A DNA stretch of 64,000 nucleotides from an uncultured Nitrospiraceae bacterium (GTDB lineage: Bacteria > Nitrospirota > Nitrospiria > Nitrospirales > UBA2166). The DNA lies in assembly GCA_964463965.1 (NCBI GenBank), contig CAYXED010000001.1, positions 141,961-205,960 on the forward strand, given 5' to 3'. Shown here piece by piece: positions 44,648 to 54,481 of the stretch (the stretch's first letter is position 1; the number at the start of each line of letters is the position of its first letter). The position numbers were made by a program, and so were the translations under genes. The notes under the pieces are model-generated. The model saw only the letters and a program-made list of their open reading frames with translations, made no database searches and was not told where the DNA came from.

Positions 44648-45187
44648 TTAACCGGAAGACATGGCTGTATTATTGTACATTTCATCCTGCGAGCCATTTT
44701 TTATACCATTAGAGGTACTACCGATACCATTGGAAGAAGTATCCTCATTTGCAGTATCAAGTACAGTTTGAAATACATTCATAACCCCTCGAATTTTTTC
44801 GATGGCAACTAAACGATGCTTTTGAAGGTGAACAAGCTCGCCCTCCATTGCAGCAACCTGAAGCTGTGCATCACGAATCAAGGTATCTGCACGAAGCTCG
44901 GCCTCTTTGATAATAACATCGGACTCTCGGTTTGCATTCTCCTTCAAATCGCCTACAATAGCATGAGTTGCAAGCATAGCCTCACTAATTGTTTCTTCCT
45001 TTCTCTTCCATTCCCCTAGTTGTTTTTCCAAAGAAACCCCATGTTCTCGGAGAGATTGGTTTTCTTTAAGTAGCTCTTCATATGCACTTGTTACAACCTC
45101 TAAAAAATGATCTACCTCGTTCTTATCATACCCACGAAGGATAGTTGGAAATTTTATTTGTTGAATATCTAATGGTGTAAGTTTCAT
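44648..45187 (-). CDS. divIVA: DivIVA-domain protein
   Basis: MKLTPLDIQQIKFPTILRGYDKNEVDHFLE is the canonical DivIVA N-terminus. The ATG at 45187 forms an ATGA overlap with the yggT stop and follows a GGGGAGG SD. The track's longer ORF to 45310 is an out-of-context extension. Confidence 0.88.
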   Translation of the reverse strand: MKLTPLDIQQIKFPTILRGYDKNEVDHFLEVVTSAYEELLKENQSLREHGVSLEKQLGEWKRKEETISEAMLATHAIVGDLKENANRESDVIIKEAELRADTLIRDAQLQVAAMEGELVHLQKHRLVAIEKIRGVMNVFQTVLDTANEDTSSNGIGSTSNGIKNGSQDEMYNNTAMSSG

Positions 45188-45489
45188 TGTAATAACCTCC
45201 CCTGCATAAGTGACAGAAGCATAGATTGAATAAAAATTATCAACATAATTACCACGAGGGGTGATAAGTCTAAGCCAAACCGCATTGCTGGGACCATATT
45301 CCACAACCATCTTCTAATTGGACCTAATACAGGTTCAGTCATCCGATTCAAAAATTGTACGATCGGATTATATGGATCAGGATTAACCCACGAGATCAGA
45401 GCCCTCACAATAATTACCCACATATACAAATTAAGGGCAAGGTCCAATAGACTTATAATTCCCATTGTCATATTCTCAATTATGGCCAT
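45184..45489 (-). CDS. yggT: YggT-family membrane protein
   Basis: 101 aa, 2-3 TM, with ...YMWVIIVRALISWVNPDPYNPIVQFLNRMTEPVLGPIRR... Confidence 0.85.
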   Translation of the reverse strand: MAIIENMTMGIISLLDLALNLYMWVIIVRALISWVNPDPYNPIVQFLNRMTEPVLGPIRRWLWNMVPAMRFGLDLSPLVVIMLIIFIQSMLLSLMQGRLLQ

Positions 45490-45496
45490 CTATTTT

Positions 45497-46318
45497 TTAC
45501 TCATTACGTAGTTCTATAGAACGCTTAGTTGCGGCTTCAACTGCAGCACTTATTATTCCTCGAAAACCTCCTTTTTCCAAAACATGTAACCCAGCAATTG
45601 TCGTCCCTCCAGGGGAAGTAATACGATCTTTTAGTCTTGCAGGGTGTTCCCCAGTCATCTGCTGCAAAAAAGCACTACCTCTCGCGGTCTGACTTGCAAG
45701 CTTTAACGCAATCTCTCTTGGTAATCCCATCCTAACACCAGCATCTGCAAGCGCCTCAATTAGCAGAAGAACATATGCTGGGCCACTTCCACTTACAGCA
45801 GTTACTGCATCTATCATATATTCTTCAACAACAAGCGTAGTGCCTACGGAAGAAAATATTTCTTCGACAACTGCAAGGTCATCCCCAGAAATATCATGCC
45901 CAGGGACAAGAACAGACATTCCCTCTTTTACTAACATTGGCATGTTAGGCATAACTCGAAATATCTTTGTAGATTTCGGAAGTCTTTTCGTAAGTTGCTG
46001 AACACTTACACCAGCAGCAACTGAAATTACGACAGTATCCTTTTTGATATGCTTCGAAACCTCAAGAGCTACATCGTTAATTAGATTTGGCTTCACTGCC
46101 AAGATAACAATATCCGCAGATGAAACTATTTTTGAATTATCTGTAGAAGTTTCAATTCCATAACGTTCCCCGATAAGCTTAGCCCGATCAGGGGATATGT
46201 CTGAAGAAAAAACTGAATTAAGTGGATAGGCACCAGAAGAAATGATCCCGGAAAGCAAAGCTTCCCCAATTGCACCAGAACCAATGATTGAAATTTTCCT
46301 ACTCACTATGACCACCAC
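45497..46318 (-). CDS. proC: pyrroline-5-carboxylate reductase
   Basis: N-terminal Rossmann motif IIGSGAIGEAL and C-terminal SPGGTTIAGLHVLEKGGFR. Confidence 0.93.
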   Translation of the reverse strand: MVVIVSRKISIIGSGAIGEALLSGIISSGAYPLNSVFSSDISPDRAKLIGERYGIETSTDNSKIVSSADIVILAVKPNLINDVALEVSKHIKKDTVVISVAAGVSVQQLTKRLPKSTKIFRVMPNMPMLVKEGMSVLVPGHDISGDDLAVVEEIFSSVGTTLVVEEYMIDAVTAVSGSGPAYVLLLIEALADAGVRMGLPREIALKLASQTARGSAFLQQMTGEHPARLKDRITSPGGTTIAGLHVLEKGGFRGIISAAVEAATKRSIELRNE

Positions 46319-46323
46319 TCATA

Positions 46324-47064
46324 TCAATGCTTTCTTTCTCCAAAAATCCCTCGTCCAATTCTTACCATTGTTGCACCTTCTTCTATTGCAATCATATAAT
46401 CATCAGACATGCCCATTGAGAGTTCATTCATTTTAATATTATCAATACGCTCTTCATTAATCATTTCAGAAAGCTCCCGAAGTGTCGAAAAAATATTTCT
46501 CGTTCTTTTCTCACTCTCACCATGAGGAGGAATTGTCATTAGTCCACGTAGAGAAATGTTATTCATCTGAGAAACTTCCTTAACAGTCGGTAAAATTTTA
46601 TCTGGTGAAAAACCATATTTGTTTAACTCACCAGATATATTGACTTGGAGAAGTATATTTTGAATTATTTTCAATGAACTCGCGCGATCATTAATTAACC
46701 TTGCGAGCTTAAGGCTATCAACAGAATGTATAAGATCAAAATTTCCAACTACAAATTTTACTTTGTTTTTTTGGAGATGCCCAATTAGATGCCACCTAAT
46801 TACATTGCTAGAGGATTTAAATAAATTTCTCGTAGATAACTCCTCCATCTTGGGCAACGCTTCCTGCACCTTACTTTCTCCAAGTACTTGAAGTCCCCAC
46901 TTAATTGCCTCTTCAATATGAACTAATGAAACAGTTTTAGTTACCGCAATAACACTAATTGAGCTTTTCTTTCGTCCACTTTTTTTTGCTGCCGCCGCTA
47001 TAGAACTCATTGTCCTTTCTATAGCTTCACTAATACCCTGATCTATATCTCCGTATTCCTCCAA
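46324..47064 (-). CDS. yggS: YggS-family pyridoxal-phosphate homeostasis protein
   Basis: The motif VIAVTKT is present. The motif WHLIGHLQKNKVK is present. The motif LSMGMSDDY is present. The motif VRIGRGIFGER is present. Together these are the typical YggS/PROSC pattern. Confidence 0.9.
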   Translation of the reverse strand: MEEYGDIDQGISEAIERTMSSIAAAAKKSGRKKSSISVIAVTKTVSLVHIEEAIKWGLQVLGESKVQEALPKMEELSTRNLFKSSSNVIRWHLIGHLQKNKVKFVVGNFDLIHSVDSLKLARLINDRASSLKIIQNILLQVNISGELNKYGFSPDKILPTVKEVSQMNNISLRGLMTIPPHGESEKRTRNIFSTLRELSEMINEERIDNIKMNELSMGMSDDYMIAIEEGATMVRIGRGIFGERKH

Positions 47065-47100
47065 TCTTCCCCCATATGCTCTATCAACTGGAAGAAACCT

Positions 47101-48270
47101 CTAGGTTGTATATTTCCGAATGAAAGTTGGAACCTCCCATTCACCATCCATAAGTGGAAGTTTCCCTTGAGTATTTCTCCTTGCAGCAACCTTCCTGACA
47201 CTTGTCAGACGCGGTTCCATAGGAGTACGCGATTTAATTGGATTACTACTTGAACTTAAAACACTCTCGGCTATAACAGCCTTTGGTAGTGCAAGTGCGC
47301 TATCAAAACCGGTTGCAATGACAGTAACTACAACTTCATCTGAAATCCCTGGGTTCACAACAGACCCAAAGATTATATTTGCATCTTGATCTGCTTCTTC
47401 CTGAATAATGGATGCAGCCTCAGTAACTTCATGCAAGGAAAGATCTGCACCACCAGTGATGTTGAGCAAAAGCCCTCTTGCCCCCTCAATCCCACCATCC
47501 TCAAGGAGGGGACTGGACATAGCATTGCGTGCTGCAGTAATAGCGCGCTCTTCACCAGTAGCACGCCCCATTCCCATCACAGCACGCCCCATATGCCCCA
47601 TAACTGAACGCACATCAGCAAAATCAACATTAACAAGCCCCGGTGTTGTAATAACATCAGCAATACCTGCTATAGCCTGACGTAATACACCATTTGCTTC
47701 TGTAAATGCTTCTGTCATTGGGGTGGTCTTGTCAATAATACTCAGAATCCTTTGGTTAGGAATGGCTAAAAGGGTATCTGTATTCTTTTTCAATTGGGTA
47801 ATGCCTTCTTCGGCCCTAGACATACGCCTAGCACCCTCAAACTGGAACGGTTTTGTCACAACTGCCACTGTTAGAGCACCAAGCTCCCTTGCCAAACTCG
47901 CAATCACAGGTGCAGCCCCTGTACCCGTGCCACCCCCCATTCCAGCGGTTACAAAGACCATATCCGAACCATCAAGTACTTGACGAATTTCCTCCGATTG
48001 CTCCACTGCTGCTTCCGTTCCTACATCTGGATCTGCACCGGCACCCAAGCCCTTAGTACAAGACTTTCCAAGTTGAATTTTTGAGGGTGCCAATGAAATT
48101 TCTAAAGCCTGCAAATCTGTGTTTGCCGCAATAAAGTCCACGCCTGTTAATCCAGACTCCACCATTGAGTTCACAGCATTACAACCACCTCCCCCAACAC
48201 CAATGACTTTTAACTTTGCTGAGGATGGAGTTGCTTCCTTAAACAACATCATCTCGCGCTCTTGTTTCAT
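47101..48270 (-). CDS. ftsZ: cell division GTPase FtsZ
   Basis: Tubulin signature GGGTGTGAAPV, plus IKVIGVGGGGCNAVN and a conserved C-terminal peptide region. Confidence 0.97.
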   Translation of the reverse strand: MKQEREMMLFKEATPSSAKLKVIGVGGGGCNAVNSMVESGLTGVDFIAANTDLQALEISLAPSKIQLGKSCTKGLGAGADPDVGTEAAVEQSEEIRQVLDGSDMVFVTAGMGGGTGTGAAPVIASLARELGALTVAVVTKPFQFEGARRMSRAEEGITQLKKNTDTLLAIPNQRILSIIDKTTPMTEAFTEANGVLRQAIAGIADVITTPGLVNVDFADVRSVMGHMGRAVMGMGRATGEERAITAARNAMSSPLLEDGGIEGARGLLLNITGGADLSLHEVTEAASIIQEEADQDANIIFGSVVNPGISDEVVVTVIATGFDSALALPKAVIAESVLSSSSNPIKSRTPMEPRLTSVRKVAARRNTQGKLPLMDGEWEVPTFIRKYTT

Positions 48271-48292
48271 AATAGCCTCCTCATCGTTACTC

Positions 48293-49543
48293 TTAAAAAA
48301 ACCATTCTTTTATTCTCTTAAATATATTTTTTGGCTTTTGCCAAGTAACCTCCAGTCCTGACTCCTCCCCCCCAGAAGAGCGCCATGCTTCTAGAATTAA
48401 CCCAACCGCAGTAGCATAACTTGGGTTATCAACAATATTACGCATTTGATTCAAATCAGCAGGTGATCCAATCCGTGCAGGAAGATCAAGAACCCTTTCT
48501 GAAATTTCAGCAATGCTATCGAGCGATGCTGTTCCACCAGAAAGTACTAAACCTGCAACCACTGTACCTTCATGACCAGCTTGTCGTATTTCTCTCCCAA
48601 CGAGCTCAAATATCTCCTCAGTTCTGGGCTCGAGAATTTCAGACAAAACTTTTCTAGATACTGTTCGTGGCGGGCGTCCACCAATACCATGCGCTTCAAA
48701 CACTTCTCCTTCATCGATTAAGCTACTCATTGCCGACCCATGTAAAACCTTAACTTTTTCTGCTTCAGCTTGAGAAATTCTGAGTCCAACAGCAACATCC
48801 TGCGTTAAGTGATTTCCTCCAATGGGTAGGACGGCTGTATGCAAAAGGCTTCCTTGTGAATAAATTGCAAGGTCAGTAGTGCCTCCACCTAAATCAACCA
48901 TTGCAACACCTAACTCCATTTCCTCTGCTGTCAAAACTGCCTTACTCGATGCAAGTGGCTGAAGAATAATTCCGGCCACATCAAGACCCGCACGCTGAAC
49001 GCTCCTCTTGACGTTTTGTATAGCCATTTTGGCTCCAGTAATAATATAAACATCAACTTCCAACCTACCTCCACAAATTCCCAAGGGATCTTTAATTCCA
49101 TCTTGATCATCAACCGTATAAGTTTGAGGCAAGGTGTGAAGTTCTTCTCTATCTTTTGGAAACGTTTCTCTCAAAGGCTTTGCCTTCTCGTGTGCACGGC
49201 TCTTATCAGCTTGAGTAACACCCTCATCTTCATTCTGAATTGTGATATAGCCTCGAGAATTAAACCCAGTAATATGACTCCCTGCAATTCCTACATAGAC
49301 TGAATTGACCTGAACACCTGACATCAGTTCGGCTTCTTCTACAGCCTTCTTAATGGACTCAACAGTGCTTTCAATATTAACTACAACACCTTTTCTAAGC
49401 CCTCGAGAGGGACTAACGCCAAGGCCAATAATATCAATCTCCCCTTCATCATTAAGTGAAGAGACGATGCAACAAATCTTTGTAGTACCAACATCAAGAC
49501 CAACGATGATACGACTTTTTTTACCAGCACTAGGCCTCATCAT
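48293..49543 (-). CDS. ftsA: cell division protein FtsA
   Basis: Actin-like ATPase motifs (IVGLDVGTTKI, DLGGGTTD) and a position between ftsQ and ftsZ. Confidence 0.95.
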   Translation of the reverse strand: MMRPSAGKKSRIIVGLDVGTTKICCIVSSLNDEGEIDIIGLGVSPSRGLRKGVVVNIESTVESIKKAVEEAELMSGVQVNSVYVGIAGSHITGFNSRGYITIQNEDEGVTQADKSRAHEKAKPLRETFPKDREELHTLPQTYTVDDQDGIKDPLGICGGRLEVDVYIITGAKMAIQNVKRSVQRAGLDVAGIILQPLASSKAVLTAEEMELGVAMVDLGGGTTDLAIYSQGSLLHTAVLPIGGNHLTQDVAVGLRISQAEAEKVKVLHGSAMSSLIDEGEVFEAHGIGGRPPRTVSRKVLSEILEPRTEEIFELVGREIRQAGHEGTVVAGLVLSGGTASLDSIAEISERVLDLPARIGSPADLNQMRNIVDNPSYATAVGLILEAWRSSGGEESGLEVTWQKPKNIFKRIKEWFF

Positions 49544-50136
49544 TGTTCACGCACAATAACAGTGTTTGGAAAGCGCAAATCCAGCTCTCTCTTTTCGAAA
49601 ATATTAACCTCAGCAACCTGATCAATATACAGAGCACGATTCCATTTATTGAGAAAACTCTTGCTACCAAAGTTAACTATCATCCCATTACTTTCGGCAA
49701 TAATATTTTCATGATTTGAAAAATCTATCTCCAATTGACCTGCATAAATTCCATCACCTGCACTTTTTATGAGAAGCATTGCAAGTTCACCTCCAATGCG
49801 AACTTCTTGTATTGCCTTAAACTCTTGATCAAGTAGGGCGTCAGGATCAATCCCAATCAAACGAGGAAAAACTTGAGGCACATCATCAGAGATCGTGCCT
49901 CGCACAACTCCATCTGCATTAACTAAAAACCATTTCTCTCCCCCATCTACTAACATTGATGGCTGAGAGAACAACTCCAGATCTCCCCCAAGGGACAAAA
50001 CAGGAAAAGGAAAAAAATATCCGGCACAAAAAATAGCCCAGAGAAAAATCATCTTAAAAGCATACTGCCTTGCATGCAAACTTTGAAAAATACTTTTCAG
50101 TTTAGGACACAAGGTCATTGCTCCCTCCATTTCCAC
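49540..50136 (-). CDS. ftsQ: short FtsQ/DivIB-like protein (single TM plus FtsQ beta-domain; POTRA region apparently missing)
   Basis: It sits between ddl and ftsA and has a 4-nt overlap with ftsA. It has one TM helix and C-terminal ...ELDLRFPNTVIVRE, typical of FtsQ. Only ~20 aa separate the TM from the beta-domain. Confidence 0.6.
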   Translation of the reverse strand: MEMEGAMTLCPKLKSIFQSLHARQYAFKMIFLWAIFCAGYFFPFPVLSLGGDLELFSQPSMLVDGGEKWFLVNADGVVRGTISDDVPQVFPRLIGIDPDALLDQEFKAIQEVRIGGELAMLLIKSAGDGIYAGQLEIDFSNHENIIAESNGMIVNFGSKSFLNKWNRALYIDQVAEVNIFEKRELDLRFPNTVIVREQ

Positions 50137-51055
50137 ACAGTATTGCTTCTACTAAATCATCATATTCAATATCAATTTCCAGCGCCGACAACGGGAGCAA
50201 ACTTTCATTAGTCATCCCTGGAATAGTATTGATTTCCAATACAAATGGGTTACCAGAGTCATCTAACCTGATATCCACCCTTGAAACACCTCGACATCCA
50301 ATTTTTTGATGTACTTGAAGCGCAAGGGATTGGATATCTCTAATGCGACTTCCAGAAAGCTTTGCAGGCGCTGCATGAGACTCTGAATTAATTTCATATT
50401 TTGTATCAAAATCAAAAAGTGTTTTTGATAGAAGAATTTCTAATACCGGCAATGGTTTCTCATCAAGTATACCAACTGTAAATTCAGGACCAGTGATTAG
50501 CTCTTCAATCATTATGTGATCCCCAAACTCACTAGAAATTTCACGAGCAGACTGAAGATCATTAACACCACGCATGACAGTAACTCCAAATGAAGATCCT
50601 TGTGCAATGGGTTTTGCAACAGCTGGGAATGAAAATGGTGGAGAGGTTTTATCTCGGATAATAGAGGCAAGCATTTCAGATGTGACAACAAGCCCCCTTG
50701 GAGTAGGAAGACCAGATGCCGATAAAACAGCTTTCGTTAGAACCTTATTCATTCCAACAGCACTAGCTGCAATTCCTGATCCTGTATATGGAATTTCCAT
50801 GACCTCTAGCAGACCTTGAATTGCACCGTCCTCTCCACCTTTTCCGTGAAGTGCTAAAAAGGCCAACTCAATATTCTCACGACGTAAATCCTCTGCCACA
50901 TGAGAGGTTACATCTATGGAAGTAACCTCATACCCTCGACGCTTCAGTGATTCAGAAATAGCTTCCCCACTCCGCATTGAAATGTCTCGTTCGGCAGAAT
51001 TTCCACCCATCAGAACACCAATATGTTTTTCTTTTACAGCAAACATTCTTCCCAT
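50102..51055 (-). CDS. ddl: D-alanine--D-alanine ligase
   Basis: ATP-grasp motifs (HGKGGEDGAIQGLLE, EINTIPGMT), 317 aa, dcw context. Confidence 0.95.
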   Translation of the reverse strand: MGRMFAVKEKHIGVLMGGNSAERDISMRSGEAISESLKRRGYEVTSIDVTSHVAEDLRRENIELAFLALHGKGGEDGAIQGLLEVMEIPYTGSGIAASAVGMNKVLTKAVLSASGLPTPRGLVVTSEMLASIIRDKTSPPFSFPAVAKPIAQGSSFGVTVMRGVNDLQSAREISSEFGDHIMIEELITGPEFTVGILDEKPLPVLEILLSKTLFDFDTKYEINSESHAAPAKLSGSRIRDIQSLALQVHQKIGCRGVSRVDIRLDDSGNPFVLEINTIPGMTNESLLPLSALEIDIEYDDLVEAILCGNGGSNDLVS

Positions 51056-51086
51056 AACGAATGAGCAGTCAAAATGTTAACCTTCA

Positions 51087-51989
51087 TTAATCTCGCCCCA
51101 TAACACTAAGCTCAAGGACAAGCGAGGTTCCAGTTTTTTCCTTCACTCCAGCCTGTACATTACTAATTAGAGAAAGCACATTCTTTGCTGTTGCACGCCC
51201 AACATTAACAGCAAAATTTGCATGGACAGTTGATATAGCCGCGTCCCCTACCCGATACCCTTTAAAGCCAGAAAACTCAATAAGCCGTCCAGCGGAGTCT
51301 CCCTTTGGATTTCTAAAAATACATCCCGCACTTGGAAGACTAAGAGGCTGTGTTTGTTTTCTTCTTCGCAAAAGAGCTTTAATACTTGAATCAACCTTTT
51401 TTACAGAGCTAGGGGTAATCTTGAGCCACGCTCCAAGCACAATACCTTGAGGAAGAGATGAACAACGATAGCCAAACTCCAGATCTTCAGATTGAATCAC
51501 CTGAAGATGTCCATTTTGATCCAGAAGATGTATTTTCTGAATCGCATCCTTCATTTCACCTCTCATCGTCCCTGCATTCATCACTATAGAGCCTGCAAGC
51601 GTTCCTGGAATTCCTGCCGCAAACTCTAGCCCCCCATAACCCCGTTTCGTTATAACATTCAACAAATGTGGCATACGCACACCACCACCCACATATATAT
51701 GAGATAAATCATCATCTTTTATCTCTTGAAATTTCTGAAGCGATACAACAATACCTTTTATTCCACCATCTCGAACAAGAAGGTTTGTGCCGCCGACTAC
51801 AGTAAGCTGAGTACTTGTCCTTCCAGCGTGAGAGACAATTTTTTTTAGGTCATCAAGATCATGAGGAACAACTAAAGCATCTGCTATACCGCCAATACGA
51901 AAAGAAACATGCCTCCACATAGGCTCATTAAAATGTGCTTCTCCACGTATTTTTTGAAGAGTATCTTTCAATGATGAATCTAAACTCAT
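51087..51989 (-). CDS. murB: UDP-N-acetylenolpyruvoylglucosamine reductase
   Basis: FAD-binding pattern (FRIGGIAD..., GGGVRMP, AGCIFRNP) and dcw context. Confidence 0.95.
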   Translation of the reverse strand: MSLDSSLKDTLQKIRGEAHFNEPMWRHVSFRIGGIADALVVPHDLDDLKKIVSHAGRTSTQLTVVGGTNLLVRDGGIKGIVVSLQKFQEIKDDDLSHIYVGGGVRMPHLLNVITKRGYGGLEFAAGIPGTLAGSIVMNAGTMRGEMKDAIQKIHLLDQNGHLQVIQSEDLEFGYRCSSLPQGIVLGAWLKITPSSVKKVDSSIKALLRRRKQTQPLSLPSAGCIFRNPKGDSAGRLIEFSGFKGYRVGDAAISTVHANFAVNVGRATAKNVLSLISNVQAGVKEKTGTSLVLELSVMGRD

Positions 51990-53362
51990 GAGAGTTTTTC
52001 CAAAATTAATTTTCCAGATTTCCCTATATCTCCTGCACCCATTGTTAGCAGGATATCTCCATCTTTCAAAACATGAACAACCTCATCCATAGCTTCTAGC
52101 GGTTCTCCAATAAAAGTGGCAGCGCAAGTACCTGCAATGTTGATTTTCTCAACTAGCCTTTCTCCAGTAATACCATCTATTGGCTCTTCTCCTGCAGGAT
52201 ATATCTCGGTGATAAAAAGAACATCCACACCAAAAAAAGCACTTGAAAAATCTTCCATAAGATCGCGAGTTCTCGAAAACCTATGAGGTTGAAAAAGAAC
52301 AATAAGACGCCGCCCCCAAGCTTGCTTAACTGCACTAAGTGTTGCTCTAATTTCTGTAGGATGATGGCCATAGTCATCAATTATCAAAATACCTGACTTC
52401 TCTCCAATACATTGCAAGCGTCGTTCAACTCCACAGAACCCTGCGAGCCCATCTGAAATCTTCTTCACAGGAACCTCAAGTTCTAAGCCAACAGCAATAG
52501 CAGCAAGGGCATTTGAAACATAATGCTCACCTGGGAGGGGGATAGTAAATTGTCCGACAAGCTTCCCTTCAGCATGAACAGTAAAAGTTGAATTCCAACC
52601 ATGAATTTTTATGTTTGAAGCCACAAGATCAGCATGCTCTTGCATGCCATACGTAACATAGCGTTTATACAACACTGGAATAAGAGATCGAAGTAAAGGA
52701 TCGTCCCCACATAGAACTACCAAACCATAAAAAGGAACTTTCTTCACAAACTCTGCAAATGATTCTAAAATTCTCTCAATACTCTTGTAGTAATCTAAAT
52801 GCTCGCGATCGATATTTGTTATTACAACAATTGATGGAGATAGCTTCAGAAAAGTCCCATCACTTTCATCAGCTTCTGCAATAAGCAATGATCCCTGCCC
52901 TGACCTAGATCCACCGCCAAATGCATTAACTCGCCCCCCGATTACAATTGTTGGATCAAGAAAAGAGTCTTCAAGAACTGCTGCAAGCATTGACGTCGTT
53001 GTTGTTTTTCCATGCGCTCCAGCAATAGCAATGCCTTGCTTCAATCTCATTAATTCAGCGAGCATTTCTGCCCTAGGTATCACAGGAACTCTACTGCCTT
53101 TAGCTGCTCGGATTTCTGGATTGAAGGAGGATATAGCAGACGAGGCGACAACTACCTGAGCATTGTTAATATTTTTCTCATCATGGCCAATCATCACTAT
53201 TGCCCCGACATCTCTAAGATGCTTTGTCGTTGCTGACTCACAAACATCAGAACCCGTCACCGTATAACCTAAATCAAGTAAAACCTCCGCAATACCACTC
53301 ATTCCTGATCCACCAATACCAACAAAATGTATATGTTTTGTTTTCCCAAACACGATTTTCAA
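51986..53362 (-). CDS. murC: UDP-N-acetylmuramate--L-alanine ligase
   Basis: HFVGIGGSGMSGIAEVL and GAHGKTTTTSM (P-loop), 458 aa. Confidence 0.95.
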   Translation of the reverse strand: MKIVFGKTKHIHFVGIGGSGMSGIAEVLLDLGYTVTGSDVCESATTKHLRDVGAIVMIGHDEKNINNAQVVVASSAISSFNPEIRAAKGSRVPVIPRAEMLAELMRLKQGIAIAGAHGKTTTTSMLAAVLEDSFLDPTIVIGGRVNAFGGGSRSGQGSLLIAEADESDGTFLKLSPSIVVITNIDREHLDYYKSIERILESFAEFVKKVPFYGLVVLCGDDPLLRSLIPVLYKRYVTYGMQEHADLVASNIKIHGWNSTFTVHAEGKLVGQFTIPLPGEHYVSNALAAIAVGLELEVPVKKISDGLAGFCGVERRLQCIGEKSGILIIDDYGHHPTEIRATLSAVKQAWGRRLIVLFQPHRFSRTRDLMEDFSSAFFGVDVLFITEIYPAGEEPIDGITGERLVEKINIAGTCAATFIGEPLEAMDEVVHVLKDGDILLTMGAGDIGKSGKLILEKLS

Positions 53363-53374
53363 ATATAAAAAATT

Positions 53375-54481
53375 TTATGCCCCCAAACTTGTTTTCGGAG
53401 TAATAAGTTCTTTACAAAATTTTATGCTCTGGGAGGTTGCATCCCGTTTACTTAAAAACAGGCTATGTTCTTCCATTTTCATCAAAGCAGTCCTGTCATC
53501 AAGAAGCCCCGAAATAGCCGATGCAAGAACTTCTCCAGTTAAACATGCCTCTTCTATCAATATTGAAGCACCAGCATTAGACATAAACTCGGCATTGCGT
53601 AACTGGTGATGTTTCGAAGATGAAGGAAATGGAATTAAAATCGAAGCTTTCCCACATGCAGCAAGCTCGGCAATTGTCCCTGCTCCTGAACGACAAATCA
53701 CAAAATTTGCATCAGCATATGCCTTACGTACATCATTTAGTGAAGCTACAACAACTGCATCTATATCCATCTCTGCATATAAATGCCTAACAAAAATACA
53801 ATCAGCTTCCCCTGCCTGATGGATAATATGAATACCTGAGCATCGATCACCTAAGATGGATAATGCCCGTATCACTGCACGATTAATCGCACGAGACCCT
53901 TGACTTCCTCCCAAAATCAATATTGTTTCCTGTCCAGAAGCAGGGCTCCCACTTAATGCCTGAACAGGAATACTTTCAAATTCTTTCCGTAGTGGAACAC
54001 CAACCACTTTGGTAGGAACACTTTGAAATGCCCTCGTGGTTTCTTCAAAGGCAAGCAAGGATAAATCAGCTACCTTTGACGCTAGACGATTTGCCATTCC
54101 CGGAATAATATTGGGCTCCACAATTACACGGGGAATACCTAAACAAAATGCTGCAAAAATTAATGGCGGGCTACTGTACCCCCCAATACCTATAACCAAT
54201 TCTGATCTTTTTCGGCGCAATAAAAAAATACATTGCATAATTGCAATGGGAAGTTGAACAATTGCCATAAGAGCCATGAGCGGGCTAGCCCCCATTACTC
54301 CACGCACAGCAATGCACGACAACCCAAAACCAGTGTTAGGCAACACCCTTGCTTCAAGACCTCGTCTCGTACCAACAAACTCTACTTGGCTCTTTTCACT
54401 TTGCCTAAGCAATTCCTCCGCAAGCGCAATACCAGGATACAAATGCCCACCGGTTCCTCCTGCAGCAATACAGACTTTCAT
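53375..54481 (-). CDS. murG: undecaprenyldiphospho-muramoylpentapeptide beta-N-acetylglucosaminyltransferase
   Basis: AAGGTGGHLYPGIALAEEL N-terminus and dcw context. Confidence 0.95.
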   Translation of the reverse strand: MKVCIAAGGTGGHLYPGIALAEELLRQSEKSQVEFVGTRRGLEARVLPNTGFGLSCIAVRGVMGASPLMALMAIVQLPIAIMQCIFLLRRKRSELVIGIGGYSSPPLIFAAFCLGIPRVIVEPNIIPGMANRLASKVADLSLLAFEETTRAFQSVPTKVVGVPLRKEFESIPVQALSGSPASGQETILILGGSQGSRAINRAVIRALSILGDRCSGIHIIHQAGEADCIFVRHLYAEMDIDAVVVASLNDVRKAYADANFVICRSGAGTIAELAACGKASILIPFPSSSKHHQLRNAEFMSNAGASILIEEACLTGEVLASAISGLLDDRTALMKMEEHSLFLSKRDATSQSIKFCKELITPKTSLGA

